DNA of 26,312 bases. It comes from an uncultured Pseudomonadota bacterium. Its GTDB lineage: Bacteria > SAR324 > NAC60-12. This document shows, one piece after another, positions 9,201-16,849 of the stretch (positions are counted from its first letter, which is position 1; each line of letters starts with the position of its first letter). The translations under genes were made by a program, and so were the position numbers. The stretch is taken from assembly GCA_913020725.1 (NCBI GenBank), contig CAJWCD010000039.1, positions 1-26,312 of the forward strand, written 5' to 3'. The notes below the pieces were generated by a model that searched no databases, was not told where the DNA came from, and was given only the letters and a program-made list of their open reading frames with translations.

Positions 9201-9370
9201 TGTCCATAGTGCGGCAGGCCGGTCGCAAACGGCGGGCCATCGTAAAAGCTGAACGGCCGCTCCTGCGGACGCTGTTCGATGGATTTTTGGAAGATGCGCT
9301 GCTCCCGCCAAAAGCTTAGGAGGTCGCGTTCGAATTCAGGAAAGCTGATCTTGTTGGAAACGGGCTGCAT
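6245..9370 (-). CDS. ileS: Isoleucyl-tRNA synthetase, type 2
   Basis: FYDGPPFATGLPHYGH, GWDTHGLP, AWTTTPWTL, DWAISRNRFWGTP, EGLDQTRGWF, KMSKR. The C-terminal EGLAREFV..VQ..RK domain is typical of IleRS2. Confidence 0.97.
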   Translation of the reverse strand: MQPVSNKISFPEFERDLLSFWREQRIFQKSIEQRPQERPFSFYDGPPFATGLPHYGHLLAGTIKDVIPRYKTMRGFRVERRFGWDTHGLPVEYEVEQALKLKGRPEIEKFGVENFNEECRSIVLRYTSEWRETVERMARWVDFDNDYKTMDRDFMESVWWVFKQLWDKGLIYEGLKVVPYSWRISTPLSNFEANLNYQDVQDPSVTLRFRVIGEPDSHLLAWTTTPWTLPSNMALCAGPELTYVKLRECASGTCYYLVKNRVEAHFESGSYEILEEMPGTALQGMCYEPLFDFAKNHVDTSKAWTVQLDDYVSEESGTGLVHLACFGEDDVRIFQREGLPVFDPVDDEGNFRESTDFIAGLNIKDADKPIVQRLKEEGKMFRHETVQHSYPFCWRTDTPLIYKPISTWFVNVEAFKERMVAHNRTVHWVPGHIRDGRFGKWLENARDWAISRNRFWGTPLPIWKNEDGDILCFGSVAELEGAVGQVIPDLHKQHVDDLVIERDGKTYRRIPEVLDCWFESGSMPYAQEHYPFENKTVFEANFPADFICEGLDQTRGWFYTLAVLGSALFDVPAFKNCIVNGLILAEDGKKMSKRLKNYPDPNEMLDQYGADAIRLYMLNSPAVRGEDLRFSEKGLIETTRQLLLPLWNALAFLTTYARIDGWEPTDDNLAVSAKNALDRWILSCLQRLIAEVQKQMDLYDLNRSVAPFVGFIDLLTNWYIRRSRRRFWKAGQGEDKRQAYATLYKVLQEFSKVIAPFIPFIADGIFRTLRRDGELESVHLALFPEPDAQLRIPELEAQMDIVLAAVTMGRALRAKHQLKVRQPLPKLTLITRDPEAQQVLDELGELISDELNVKTLEVTPDEGGLVDLSAKANFKVLGPRLGKRMKSAAQALSSLNPEQIQKVLNGGSVTVEVAGVSMDFGPDEILVQRQQKEGLLVETDDRLSVALDTTLTPELVQEGLAREFVNKVQNMRKDLDLDVMDRIRVGFQSTEDVQSALDAHSGFICTETLCDHLEPQDSTEGTAWDLNGEVCRITVKKTVAA

Positions 9371-9412
9371 GGGTGTGGAAATGGATTCGGAACCAGACTC
9401 AGGAAAACAATC

Positions 9413-9441
9413 AGGCTACAAATCCCGCCTCCGGATGACAA
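9413..9441 (-). promoter_or_regulatory. Putative sigma70 promoter of ileS
   Basis: Minus strand TTGTCA-N17-TAGCCT, about 40 nt upstream of the ATG. Confidence 0.45.
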
Positions 9442-9603
9442 GCCAATTTGGGGTGAGTGTGTTGAATGCGGGTGCAAGTAAGAGTGAGATTTTTTGTCGG
9501 TAATGGCTACTCAGTACATGGCAGGTTGTATTTGACGATGAATGGGGGCTTGGCTCTAAGTCCGATCATCTTCAGAATTCTTACAGAGCCACGTCGTATT
9601 TTT

Positions 9604-10086
9604 TCAACCAGCCATGCTCAGGCGGCTGTCCATCACGCCGCTGAACTGTTTCATCATGTGAATGAGTTGCTCCTGAAGTTGTTCCCGTCCCTGCTTGCTC
9701 TTCCAACCGTCCTCCCGGAGAGACCATGAGATTCGAGAGGGGCGTTGTGACTCCAAACGCTGCCAGCGCAAGGGTACACCCACGCAGCGTTCAATCGTCT
9801 GCCGTTCCTGCTCAAGCTGCTGAAAATCTGTTTGTTCTGGTCGAACGAGCCAGTGTCGATCCACAGTTCCACAGCACTTTGATACTCGCCTAGGGTGTAG
9901 GCATAGCGCAGTCCGGAGGTGGAGGAATTCACCCAAAGTTGCTTTCCTCCAGAGGGGTTGATCTTGCGGTGACCGGATAGTTCCAGTCTGTGGGCTTTGG
10001 TGATCAGTCGGTTCCAGAACAAGTGGAGTCCGCTGCAGCCGCAGACTTGGGAGCAACAGGGATTGGGTAGGGTTATGCTGGGTCAT
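9604..10086 (-). pseudogene. DUF4268-like domain gene split by two frameshifts
   Basis: Joining frames gives ...FWNRLITKA...INPSGGKQLW...SGLRYAY...AVELWIDTGSFDQNKQIF / QQLEQERQTIERCVGVPLRWQRLESQRPSRISW, which follows the DUF4268 pattern. Shifts lie near 10022 and at the A4 run near 9823-9826. RBS GAGG lies just after the ynjD stop. Confidence 0.65.
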
Positions 10087-10094
10087 TGTTCCTC

Positions 10095-10745
10095 TTAGGT
10101 GTTGGCAGGTGCATCGCCAATCCGGATCACCGCTCCTTCCGCCGCTTCAGCATCGGCAGGGTCGTGAGTGACGAGCAGGACGGGTAAATTGCGTTGACGG
10201 GCGTGGGTGAAGACGAGGCTCCGGAAGCGCTCCCGCAAGGCTTGGTCGAGCTTGGAAAAGGGTTCGTCCAGCAACAAGGCTTCCGGTTCGGCAAGCAGGG
10301 TGCGCATCAAGGCCACCCGTGCCCGCTGTCCTCCGGAGAGTCGGGCGGGGTCGTGATCGGCGTACCCCGGAAGTTCGATGGTTTCCAGCGCCTCAGCCAC
10401 TTTCTGCATGCGTGACTGCCCCCGGAAGCGGCGAGGCAGGGCGAAGGCGAGATTTTCTCCAGCGGAAAGGTGTGGGAAGAGCAAGTCATCCTGAAAGAGA
10501 ATGCCCATGCGCCGTTGCTCCGGGGGGAACCCATTCAGCCGCCTGCCGTTGAGCATCACACTCCCGGAAACCGAAAACGCCGGATCGAGCGTTCCGCAGA
10601 GCCATGCCAGCAGGCTCGACTTCCCGGAGCCACTTGGACCCATCACGGTCGTGACTTGGCCTCCGGGAATATGCAAGTTCAGAAGATCAATCAGCGTCCG
10701 GGAATCGAGCCGTAGGGTCAGGTTGGTGATTTCCAGTCCAGTCAT
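10095..10745 (-). CDS. ynjD: ABC transporter ATP-binding protein, YnjD-like
   Basis: Walker A GPSGSGKS, ILFQDDLLFPHL, LSGGQRARVALMR, LLLDEPFSKLD, VTHD. Confidence 0.85.
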   Translation of the reverse strand: MTGLEITNLTLRLDSRTLIDLLNLHIPGGQVTTVMGPSGSGKSSLLAWLCGTLDPAFSVSGSVMLNGRRLNGFPPEQRRMGILFQDDLLFPHLSAGENLAFALPRRFRGQSRMQKVAEALETIELPGYADHDPARLSGGQRARVALMRTLLAEPEALLLDEPFSKLDQALRERFRSLVFTHARQRNLPVLLVTHDPADAEAAEGAVIRIGDAPANT

Positions 10746-10833
10746 TTTCAAAGTTACAAAGAGGCAAAGCTCCAGAGTTCCAAAGGGGGAAAGTGTGCTA
10801 GGCGAGTCCAGCAGAGCCGACCCGCCGTAAACA

Positions 10834-10887
10834 GCCGCGGATCACACGGATCCAAACCATTCGTGTCCCTCCGTGAAAATCAGTGGC
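10834..10887. repeat. Imperfect palindromic intergenic element built of CACGGA-like units
   Basis: GCCGCGGATCACACGGAT-CCAAACC-ATTCGTGTCCCTCCGTGAAAATCAGTGGC. The arms are complementary (CACGGAT/ATTCGTG, CGGA/TCCG, GCC/GGC), with about 9-10 nt periodic subunits. Confidence 0.55.
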
Positions 10888-10903
10888 GAAAACCAGCCAT
10901 CGA

Positions 10904-12628
10904 TCACTGCACCCCTTGGCGGTTCCGGAACAGCAGGCGTGGCACAACGAGTGCGCCCAGCAAACCCAGCCACGGCACGAGGGCTTGCAGAAAGCCATAG
11001 ACCCCGATCACCCGGCGGTCGGCTCCAGCAGCGTGGGCCACTGCCTCGGTGGTGAGAGTGGCGATGCGCCCGGCACCCGCAAACAGCGTGGGCAGGTAGA
11101 GTGCCACACTGACCGCAACTCCAATGGCTGTGGCAATCAGCAACGGGCGCAGCAGGAGCGGTATCCGCACCCGCAGCAGCACCTGCCACGGAGAATGCCC
11201 CAAGCAGCGAGCCGTGGTTAAAAAACGGGCATCCAATCGTCGCCACGGTTCGGCCAGTGAGAGGAAGCAGTAGGGCAACACGAAGAGCAGGTGGCTCCAG
11301 ATCACGAGGATGAGAGTGCCGTCGAGTCTCAGTTTCAGTGCCAGCACTTGAACACCGAAGAGGAACGCTGCTTGTGGAAGGATCAGTGGGAGGTAGAGCA
11401 GCCACAATGAGAGTGGCATCATCCGCACCTGCCGCCAGCGCTCGTTTTCCAAGCATCCCACCACCAGAATCAATGCCACGAGGGTGCTGCCTCCAGCGAT
11501 GAGCAGCGTTGTGCCCACCGTGTCTACTAAGGCAGGTCCGTGTCGCAGCCAGTTGCGCGGTGTCCAAGTTTCTGGCCACGCTTGGGGATAAGGCCAGCGG
11601 CGCGTCAGCGACCAGATCAACAATCCGAGCAGACTGGCCCCCGAAAATCCTAACAACAGCCAACTTGCCAGTCGTCCGGAAGCCTTTGCCAAAAGAGCCG
11701 ACTGGCGTTGACCGTTCGTCATCCAACCCCGCAAATACTGGAAAGCCACGCGCTCCAGCAGCCACGCTCCGGCCAGAGCGGCAAGCGTGAGGCAGAGCAG
11801 CAGCGCCGCCCCTACCGCTGCAAGAAATCGGAGTTGAAGGTCGGGATCGTCGGCCCAGCGCAGAATCAGCACAGCCAGCGGAGGCGGAGTGCTTGGGCCG
11901 AGAATCAGGCTGACGTCCACCACCGAAAGCGAGAAAGCCAGCACCGCAAACACGGGCAGGCGTAGCAACGGATAAAGCTGGGGTAGCACCAGCCGCAACC
12001 ACGCCGACACCGCAGTGTAGCCCAACGCCTGTCCGGACTGCACCAGCGCCGCAGCCCGCACCTGCGGCAGGGCTGCGAGCGTCATCAACAGCAGGTACGG
12101 GGTTTCCTTGAGAACCAAGCCGAGGATCAGTGCCAGTCCCCACGGATCCTGCACCGTCACAAACTCCGGAGGCAGATGCCAGCCGGTGAGTCCGGGTGAG
12201 AGCAGGCGCACCAGCCAGCCACTCGGTGCGATCAGAAAGGCCAACCCCAGCGCGACTGCCGCGTGTGGCACGGCCAAGAGCGGCACGAACGTGTGTTCGA
12301 GCTTCCGAAACCAGTGAGTCTGATGCCCCGCGACGACCAGCAACAGGGCCAGCGCGAGCGAAATCACGGTCGACACCAGCCCCGTCCAGAGCGTCAGCCC
12401 GACCGCCCACGGAACCGCCGGATGCGCGAACAAGCTCCGGAAGTGGCCGAGGTGAAAATGATTTTCACCCAACTCCGGAAAGTAGCCAAACGCCGGAAGC
12501 CCCACCCCTAGCAACCCTCCCAGCACGGGTAGCCCCAACAGCAACCACGTCAGCCCCGGAAAGAGTGACAACAGGCGCAGGTACAAAGAATTCCGCCTTG
12601 TTGCTTGAAAACGGGTTGCGGTCAGCAT
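10904..12628 (-). CDS. ynjC: ABC transporter permease (two fused TM domains), YnjC-like
   Basis: PLLAVPHAAVALGLAFLIAPSGW, LKETPYLL, FSLSVVD, GPSTPPPLAV, WSHLLFVLPY, YLPTLFAGAGR. Confidence 0.85.
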   Translation of the reverse strand: MLTATRFQATRRNSLYLRLLSLFPGLTWLLLGLPVLGGLLGVGLPAFGYFPELGENHFHLGHFRSLFAHPAVPWAVGLTLWTGLVSTVISLALALLLVVAGHQTHWFRKLEHTFVPLLAVPHAAVALGLAFLIAPSGWLVRLLSPGLTGWHLPPEFVTVQDPWGLALILGLVLKETPYLLLMTLAALPQVRAAALVQSGQALGYTAVSAWLRLVLPQLYPLLRLPVFAVLAFSLSVVDVSLILGPSTPPPLAVLILRWADDPDLQLRFLAAVGAALLLCLTLAALAGAWLLERVAFQYLRGWMTNGQRQSALLAKASGRLASWLLLGFSGASLLGLLIWSLTRRWPYPQAWPETWTPRNWLRHGPALVDTVGTTLLIAGGSTLVALILVVGCLENERWRQVRMMPLSLWLLYLPLILPQAAFLFGVQVLALKLRLDGTLILVIWSHLLFVLPYCFLSLAEPWRRLDARFLTTARCLGHSPWQVLLRVRIPLLLRPLLIATAIGVAVSVALYLPTLFAGAGRIATLTTEAVAHAAGADRRVIGVYGFLQALVPWLGLLGALVVPRLLFRNRQGVQ

Positions 12629-12633
12629 GCCTC

Positions 12634-12662
12634 TTGACTTACGGGTGCTCTCGTCTCACGAT
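12634..12662 (+). promoter_or_regulatory. higBA promoter with overlapping palindromic operator
   Basis: TTGACT (12634-12639)-N17-CACGAT (12657-12662). Inverted repeat TCGT-CTC-ACGA (12651-12661) overlaps the -10, as expected for antitoxin autorepression. Confidence 0.55.
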
Positions 12663-12692
12663 AAATACTTAACTTAACACAGGGAACCACGG

Positions 12693-12974
12693 ATGATTTT
12701 TTCCTTTCGCTGCAAGGAAACGGAAAAGGTCTGGCATCGCAGGTTCTCCAAGAAATTCCCGGCGGATCTTCAGGTTCGCGCCCGTCGAAAGCTGATTGCG
12801 CTCCACATCGCCGCTTCCCTCAACGATCTGCGGTAACTTCCTTCCAATCATCTGGAGGCTCTCAAGAAAGATCGCCAAGGACAGTGGAGCATTCGGATTA
12901 ACAAGCAGTGGTGTGTCTGTTTTGTTTGGGCAGAAGGGAATGCCCACGATGTGGAAATCGTTGACTACCATTGA
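12693..12974 (+). pseudogene. higB: HigB (RelE/ParE superfamily) toxin with an in-frame stop
   Basis: Manual translation: MIFSFRCKETEKVWHRRFSKKFPADLQVRARRKLIALHIAASLNDLR*LPSNHLEALKKDRQGQWSIRINKQWCVCFVWAEGNAHDVEIVDYH*. TAA at 12834-12836 (codon 48). Not in the ORF track. Confidence 0.88.
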
Positions 12975-12984
12975 GGAAATCATT

Positions 12985-13278
12985 ATGAAAGACAAATTGA
13001 TTCCTTTGGAGCATCCGGGGACGTTTCTGAAGGAAGAATTCATGGACCCCCTTGGAGTCCGTGCCCACCGACTGGCCAAGGACACTGGAATCCAGCCGAT
13101 GGCCATCAGCGAAATCCTCCGGGGAAAACGCCGCATCACCCCACGAACGGGATTGCGACTCGCCAAATTCTTCGGGGTTTCCGAAGGCTACTTCGTCCAC
13201 CTTCAGGTTCAGTACGAGATGGACTTGGTGAAGGAAGCGGAAGGAAACGAAATTGGCCAGATCTGTGCCGTTGCATGA
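12985..13278 (+). CDS. higA: HigA antitoxin (HTH_XRE), 97 aa
   Basis: HPGTFLKEEF, AHRLAKD, ISEILRGKRRIT, LRLAKFFG, LQVQYE. GAGG RBS. Toxin-first order is typical of higBA. Confidence 0.92.
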   Translation: MKDKLIPLEHPGTFLKEEFMDPLGVRAHRLAKDTGIQPMAISEILRGKRRITPRTGLRLAKFFGVSEGYFVHLQVQYEMDLVKEAEGNEIGQICAVA

Positions 13279-13305
13279 CCGGATCGCTAACGCTTGGGCA
13301 TGGGG

Positions 13306-14511
13306 CTACTGTCCATAACGCCGCAGCCATTCGGCATCGATGCGGTTCTTCCAATCCGGATGCGGGTTGGGTTGGGTTGGCCCAAGCTGGTCCGGGGGCA
13401 GGGTGGCGATGCCTCGTGGCAGTTCGTCAAAACGGCGGCGGTCTGCGGCAGTCATGCGGGTGTGATCGAGAACCGTGCCATCGCCCCAGAGGTCTGGGTG
13501 CTGCTTGCGAGCCTGTGCTTCCGGAGACATCAGAAAATTGGCGACCACCAGTGCGCCTGCCGTGCTGGACGAGTTGAACGGAATCGCCACAAAGTGGGTG
13601 TTGCCGATGGTGCCTGTCTTGAGGACGAAGGTGCGGGCCGTTTCCGGCAGTGATCCGCTGGCGATGGCGGCAGAGGTGTCGGCGGGATTGAAGGAGAGGC
13701 TGACATCTACTTCGCCGTCGTCAAGCATCTGTCGCTGCTGGGCGATGTTGCTGGGGAAGTCTTGCCCCTTGCGCCAGAGGTGGGGATGCAACTCGTCGAG
13801 GTAGTTCCAGAGCGGCGCGGTGATCTTCCGGAACTGCTTGTCGTCACTCACCGCAGCTCGCAGCACTTTGGAGTCTGGAGTCAGTTCCATCAATGCCTGC
13901 AGCAAGAAAGTCGAGCCGAGGAAATCCGAAACCTGCGGATAGGTGAAGCGTCCCGGATGTGCTTTCGCCCATGCGAGCAGTCCGAGGATCGAGTCCGGTG
14001 TGTCTGCAACCCGTGCCGAATCGTAGGCGAAGTTGAACTTGGCCATGCCCCACGGTGCTTCGAGTCCGTCGGTGGGAACATGAAAGTCCAGCACCGTTGT
14101 GGGTTTGCCCTCTGTGTCAACGAGTGCAAAGTTCGGCAGTTGTTCGACGAACGGTCCGAAGAGCAGTCCATTCTGCTTCATCGCCGCAAAGTTCTCGCCG
14201 TTGATCCAGATCAAATCCACCGATCCTCCGGAACTGCGCCCCGCCGTTTTCTCGGCAAGCACACGGGAGACGGCATCAGCCGTGCTGGCAAGCTTGACGT
14301 GCCGCAGTTCCACTCCGTGTTCCTTCCGGACACGCATTCCAACCCAGGACAGGTAGGCGTTGATTTCCTCTGAGCCGCCCCAAGCGTTGAAGTACACCGT
14401 TTGCCCGTGTGCTTCCCGGAGGACTTCCGCCCAGCCTTCTGCGAAAACGGGAAGGGCGTGAACCAGTGAAAACACGGTCAAGATGAGGGCAATCGAGAGT
14501 TTGCGAAACAT
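13306..14511 (-). CDS. ynjB: ABC transporter substrate-binding protein, YnjB-like
   Basis: Signal peptide, GQTVYFNAWGG, VDLIWINGENF, EAPWG, HPGRFTYP, GTIGNTHFVAIPFNS, VVANFLMSPEAQARK. Confidence 0.88.
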   Translation of the reverse strand: MFRKLSIALILTVFSLVHALPVFAEGWAEVLREAHGQTVYFNAWGGSEEINAYLSWVGMRVRKEHGVELRHVKLASTADAVSRVLAEKTAGRSSGGSVDLIWINGENFAAMKQNGLLFGPFVEQLPNFALVDTEGKPTTVLDFHVPTDGLEAPWGMAKFNFAYDSARVADTPDSILGLLAWAKAHPGRFTYPQVSDFLGSTFLLQALMELTPDSKVLRAAVSDDKQFRKITAPLWNYLDELHPHLWRKGQDFPSNIAQQRQMLDDGEVDVSLSFNPADTSAAIASGSLPETARTFVLKTGTIGNTHFVAIPFNSSSTAGALVVANFLMSPEAQARKQHPDLWGDGTVLDHTRMTAADRRRFDELPRGIATLPPDQLGPTQPNPHPDWKNRIDAEWLRRYGQ

Positions 14512-14550
14512 GGTTGGTTTGGAAAAATGGGGTTGAAGAGTACGGTTTTG

Positions 14551-15072
14551 CTAGATTTCCGAACCTCCATGAAGCACTCCGCCACTCAAAGGCAGGGGAA
14601 CCCCGGTGGTGGACGGAAGCGACAGGGGGCAGGCCCATCACGCTGCGCACCGCCAAATAACCGAAAGCCTGCGTCTCCAAGGCATCCCCTTGCCAGCCGC
14701 TTTCCTCGACGGGTTTCACCTCCGTTCCAAGTCTGCGGCTTAACTCACGCATCAAAGCCTGATTGTGACGACCTCCTCCAGTAACGAGCCAAAGCAGCGG
14801 CGGTTCCGGGAGCAGTTCAACACTTCTTGTTACGGCCTCTGCTGTAAAGGCGCCAGGGTGGCCGCTCCATCCGCTGACGACAGCCTTAGCACAGGGGTCA
14901 GTTCAAACTGGTTGCGATCCAGCGATTTGGGAGCCTCCATCAAGAAGTAAGGATGCTCCAGCAGTGCTTCCAAAATCCGTTGATCCGCATTGCCGGACAA
15001 CGCCAGCTTGCCTCCGGTATCCTGTTTTTGCCCCAGCCGGAGGTGCATGAAGCCAACTTCCACATTTCCGGT
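14551..15072 (-). pseudogene. anmK: Anhydro-N-acetylmuramic acid kinase, 3' half only, two frameshifts
   Basis: Stitched translation: TGNV...DTGGKLALSG...HPYF...PKSLDRNQF...DGAATL / AFTAEAV...WLVTGGGRHNQALM...DALETQAFGYLAVRS..GLP / LSLPSTTGVPLPLSGG...EI*. Shifts near 14851 and in the G5 run near 14625. The N-terminal half is absent. Confidence 0.82.
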
Positions 15073-15855
15073 TCAAGCGCCCTGATGCTGCATGTTCGAG
15101 GACATGGGCTTGAGTGAAATCCGCAGCTTGTAGCGGTTGCCCAGATAGACGGAACGCACGAACTCAATGGGCTGGCCTTGCGGGGTGAAGGTGGTGCGGG
15201 TGAAGCCCAACACCGGAGTCGCAGGGCCGGTGTGCAGCTTGTCCATTTCGTCTGGAGCGGGACGCCGGGCCTCGACCGTTTGCTGGGCTTCGGTCAGTTG
15301 CAGGGCGTACTTCCCCCGTAGCACACCATAGAGTGATTCCTTGGAAAAATCGTGGGCTTGCTCGATTCCGGGACACAGTAAATTTGGAATGTGGGTGCGC
15401 TCCAAGGCAATGATCTCTCCGTCGGCGAGGCGCAACCGCTCCAGCACAAAGACCGGAGTTCCTGTCGCCAAACGCAACTCTGCGGCCACCTCACCAGCGC
15501 AAGCCTCCACTCCGGCATATAGGACTTGGCTGGTCACCTGTCGGTGTTGAGTCTTCATGTCCTCGGTGAAGGACGTCAGCGATTCCAGCTTCTGGTCGAT
15601 CTTGGTACGGGAGGCGACAAAGGTGCCCTTGCCCATACGGGTGTAAAGCCAGCCTTCCTGCTCCAAACCCTTGAGCGCCTTGGTGACGGTCATGCGGCTG
15701 ACCTGAAACCGTTCGGCCAGCCGCCGCTCTGAGGGCAGGCGGGTGTGTTCCGGATAATCCCCAGATGTGATGCTGTCCTGACAATACTCCTTGATCTGGA
15801 GGTAGAGCGGCGTGGGGGAGTTTGGGTTCATCGGGGTGGCCTGATTGTCGCTCAT
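15073..15855 (-). CDS. GntR-family (HutC/UTRA) transcriptional regulator, NagR/DasR-like
   Basis: PLYLQI, LPSERRLAERFQVSRMTVTKAL, GKGTFV, then a UTRA domain (SFTEDM, RLRLADG, SLY). Divergent from nagB-nagA. Confidence 0.9.
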   Translation of the reverse strand: MSDNQATPMNPNSPTPLYLQIKEYCQDSITSGDYPEHTRLPSERRLAERFQVSRMTVTKALKGLEQEGWLYTRMGKGTFVASRTKIDQKLESLTSFTEDMKTQHRQVTSQVLYAGVEACAGEVAAELRLATGTPVFVLERLRLADGEIIALERTHIPNLLCPGIEQAHDFSKESLYGVLRGKYALQLTEAQQTVEARRPAPDEMDKLHTGPATPVLGFTRTTFTPQGQPIEFVRSVYLGNRYKLRISLKPMSSNMQHQGA

Positions 15856-15960
15856 CAGCTTCCTGAGGTTTAAGAAACGGTCTGCCCGAAAGTTTCAAGC
15901 CTGGACGGCTCTCAGAGTCCCTCATGCGGAGCGTATTCACGTTCCACTAAATTTTTCTGT

Positions 15961-16001
15961 ACAAATCTAGACCAATCTGGTATAGTCCAATATAGTCCGA
16001 T
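15961..16001. promoter_or_regulatory. dre-like GntR/NagR operator array
   Basis: ACAAATCTAGACCAAT (15961-15976) and TCTGGTATAGTCCAAT (15976-15991). The second matches the DasR-type consensus AGTGGTCTAGACCACT at 11/16 on the minus strand. Half-site TAG(A/T)CC(A/G)AT occurs at 15968, 15983 and 15993. Confidence 0.65.
15978..15986 (+). promoter_or_regulatory. Extended -10 promoter of nagB
   Basis: TGgTATAGT, about 56 nt upstream of the nagB ATG, embedded in the operator. Confidence 0.45.
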
Positions 16002-16017
16002 TTTTCCGGAATGTCAA
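15989..16017 (-). promoter_or_regulatory. Sigma70 promoter of the GntR gene
   Basis: Minus strand TTGACA-N17-TATATT, near consensus. Confidence 0.65.
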
Positions 16018-16042
16018 CAATAAATTTCAAGGGGACGATTTC

Positions 16043-16825
16043 ATGGAAATTCTGATTCGGGACACTCCGGAGGCCAGCGCTCAGGTGGCGGCAGACGTGG
16101 TGAGCAAGATCATCCGCGAGCGGGCCAATCTAGTGCTGGGGTTGGCCACCGGAGGAACGCCGCTGCGGATGTACCAAGAACTGATCCGGATGCATCAGGC
16201 CGGAAAGCTGAGTTTCCAGAACTGCACGACCTTCAACTTGGACGAGTATGTCGGGCTGCCTCCGGAGGATGAGCGCTCCTACAATCATTACATGCGGAGC
16301 AATCTGTTCGATCGGGTGGACCTTGATCCTGCCCAGACGCACCTGCCGGATGGCGACGCCCCCGACCTGCGCGAAGCCTGCCGGGACTACGAGCAGAAGA
16401 TCAAGGATGCGGGGGGCATTGACTTGCAGGTGCTGGGCATCGGCGCGAACGGGCACATCGGCTTTAACGAGCCGACCGGCTCGCTGGCCTCGCGCACTTG
16501 GGTGAAGATTCTCAGCGAGCAGACCATCCGGGACAATGCGGTGCACTTCGATGATCCACAGGAAGTGCCCCGGCATGTAGTGACGATGGGCATTTCCACC
16601 ATCATGGAGGCGCGGCACTGCCTGCTGCTGGCTAACGGCGCAAAAAAAGCGGACGCGGTGCGCAGGATGATCGAGGGTTCGGTTTCGGCCAGTTGCCCGG
16701 CTTCGATCCTCCAGATGCACCCACGGGTCACGGTTGTGCTGGACGAGGAGTCCGCCTACCTGCTGGTCGCCAAGGAGCATTACAAATGGATCGAGCGCAA
16801 CAAGCTCGACTGGCAACGTCACTGA
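16043..16825 (+). CDS. nagB: Glucosamine-6-phosphate deaminase
   Basis: LGLATGGTP, TFNLDEYVGL, GGIDLQVLGIGANGHIGFNEP, TMGISTI, CPASILQMHP. Confidence 0.96.
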   Translation: MEILIRDTPEASAQVAADVVSKIIRERANLVLGLATGGTPLRMYQELIRMHQAGKLSFQNCTTFNLDEYVGLPPEDERSYNHYMRSNLFDRVDLDPAQTHLPDGDAPDLREACRDYEQKIKDAGGIDLQVLGIGANGHIGFNEPTGSLASRTWVKILSEQTIRDNAVHFDDPQEVPRHVVTMGISTIMEARHCLLLANGAKKADAVRRMIEGSVSASCPASILQMHPRVTVVLDEESAYLLVAKEHYKWIERNKLDWQRH

Positions 16826-16849
16826 AACCCTCCAATCCCAAGATTTTCA

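Noticed and set aside
9371..9603. T-box or other leader upstream of ileS
   Set aside because: No T-box consensus (AAUUAGGGUGGUACCGCG) or terminator. A plausible promoter lies only about 40 nt from the start.
12796..12984. N-terminal extension of HigA in the ORF track (160 aa)
   Set aside because: It overlaps higB in another frame. The RBS and family length support ATG 12985.
12625..13302. GCATG direct repeats flanking higBA as a target-site duplication
   Set aside because: Only 5 bp, with several copies nearby, and no terminal inverted repeats or transposase. Chance is sufficient.
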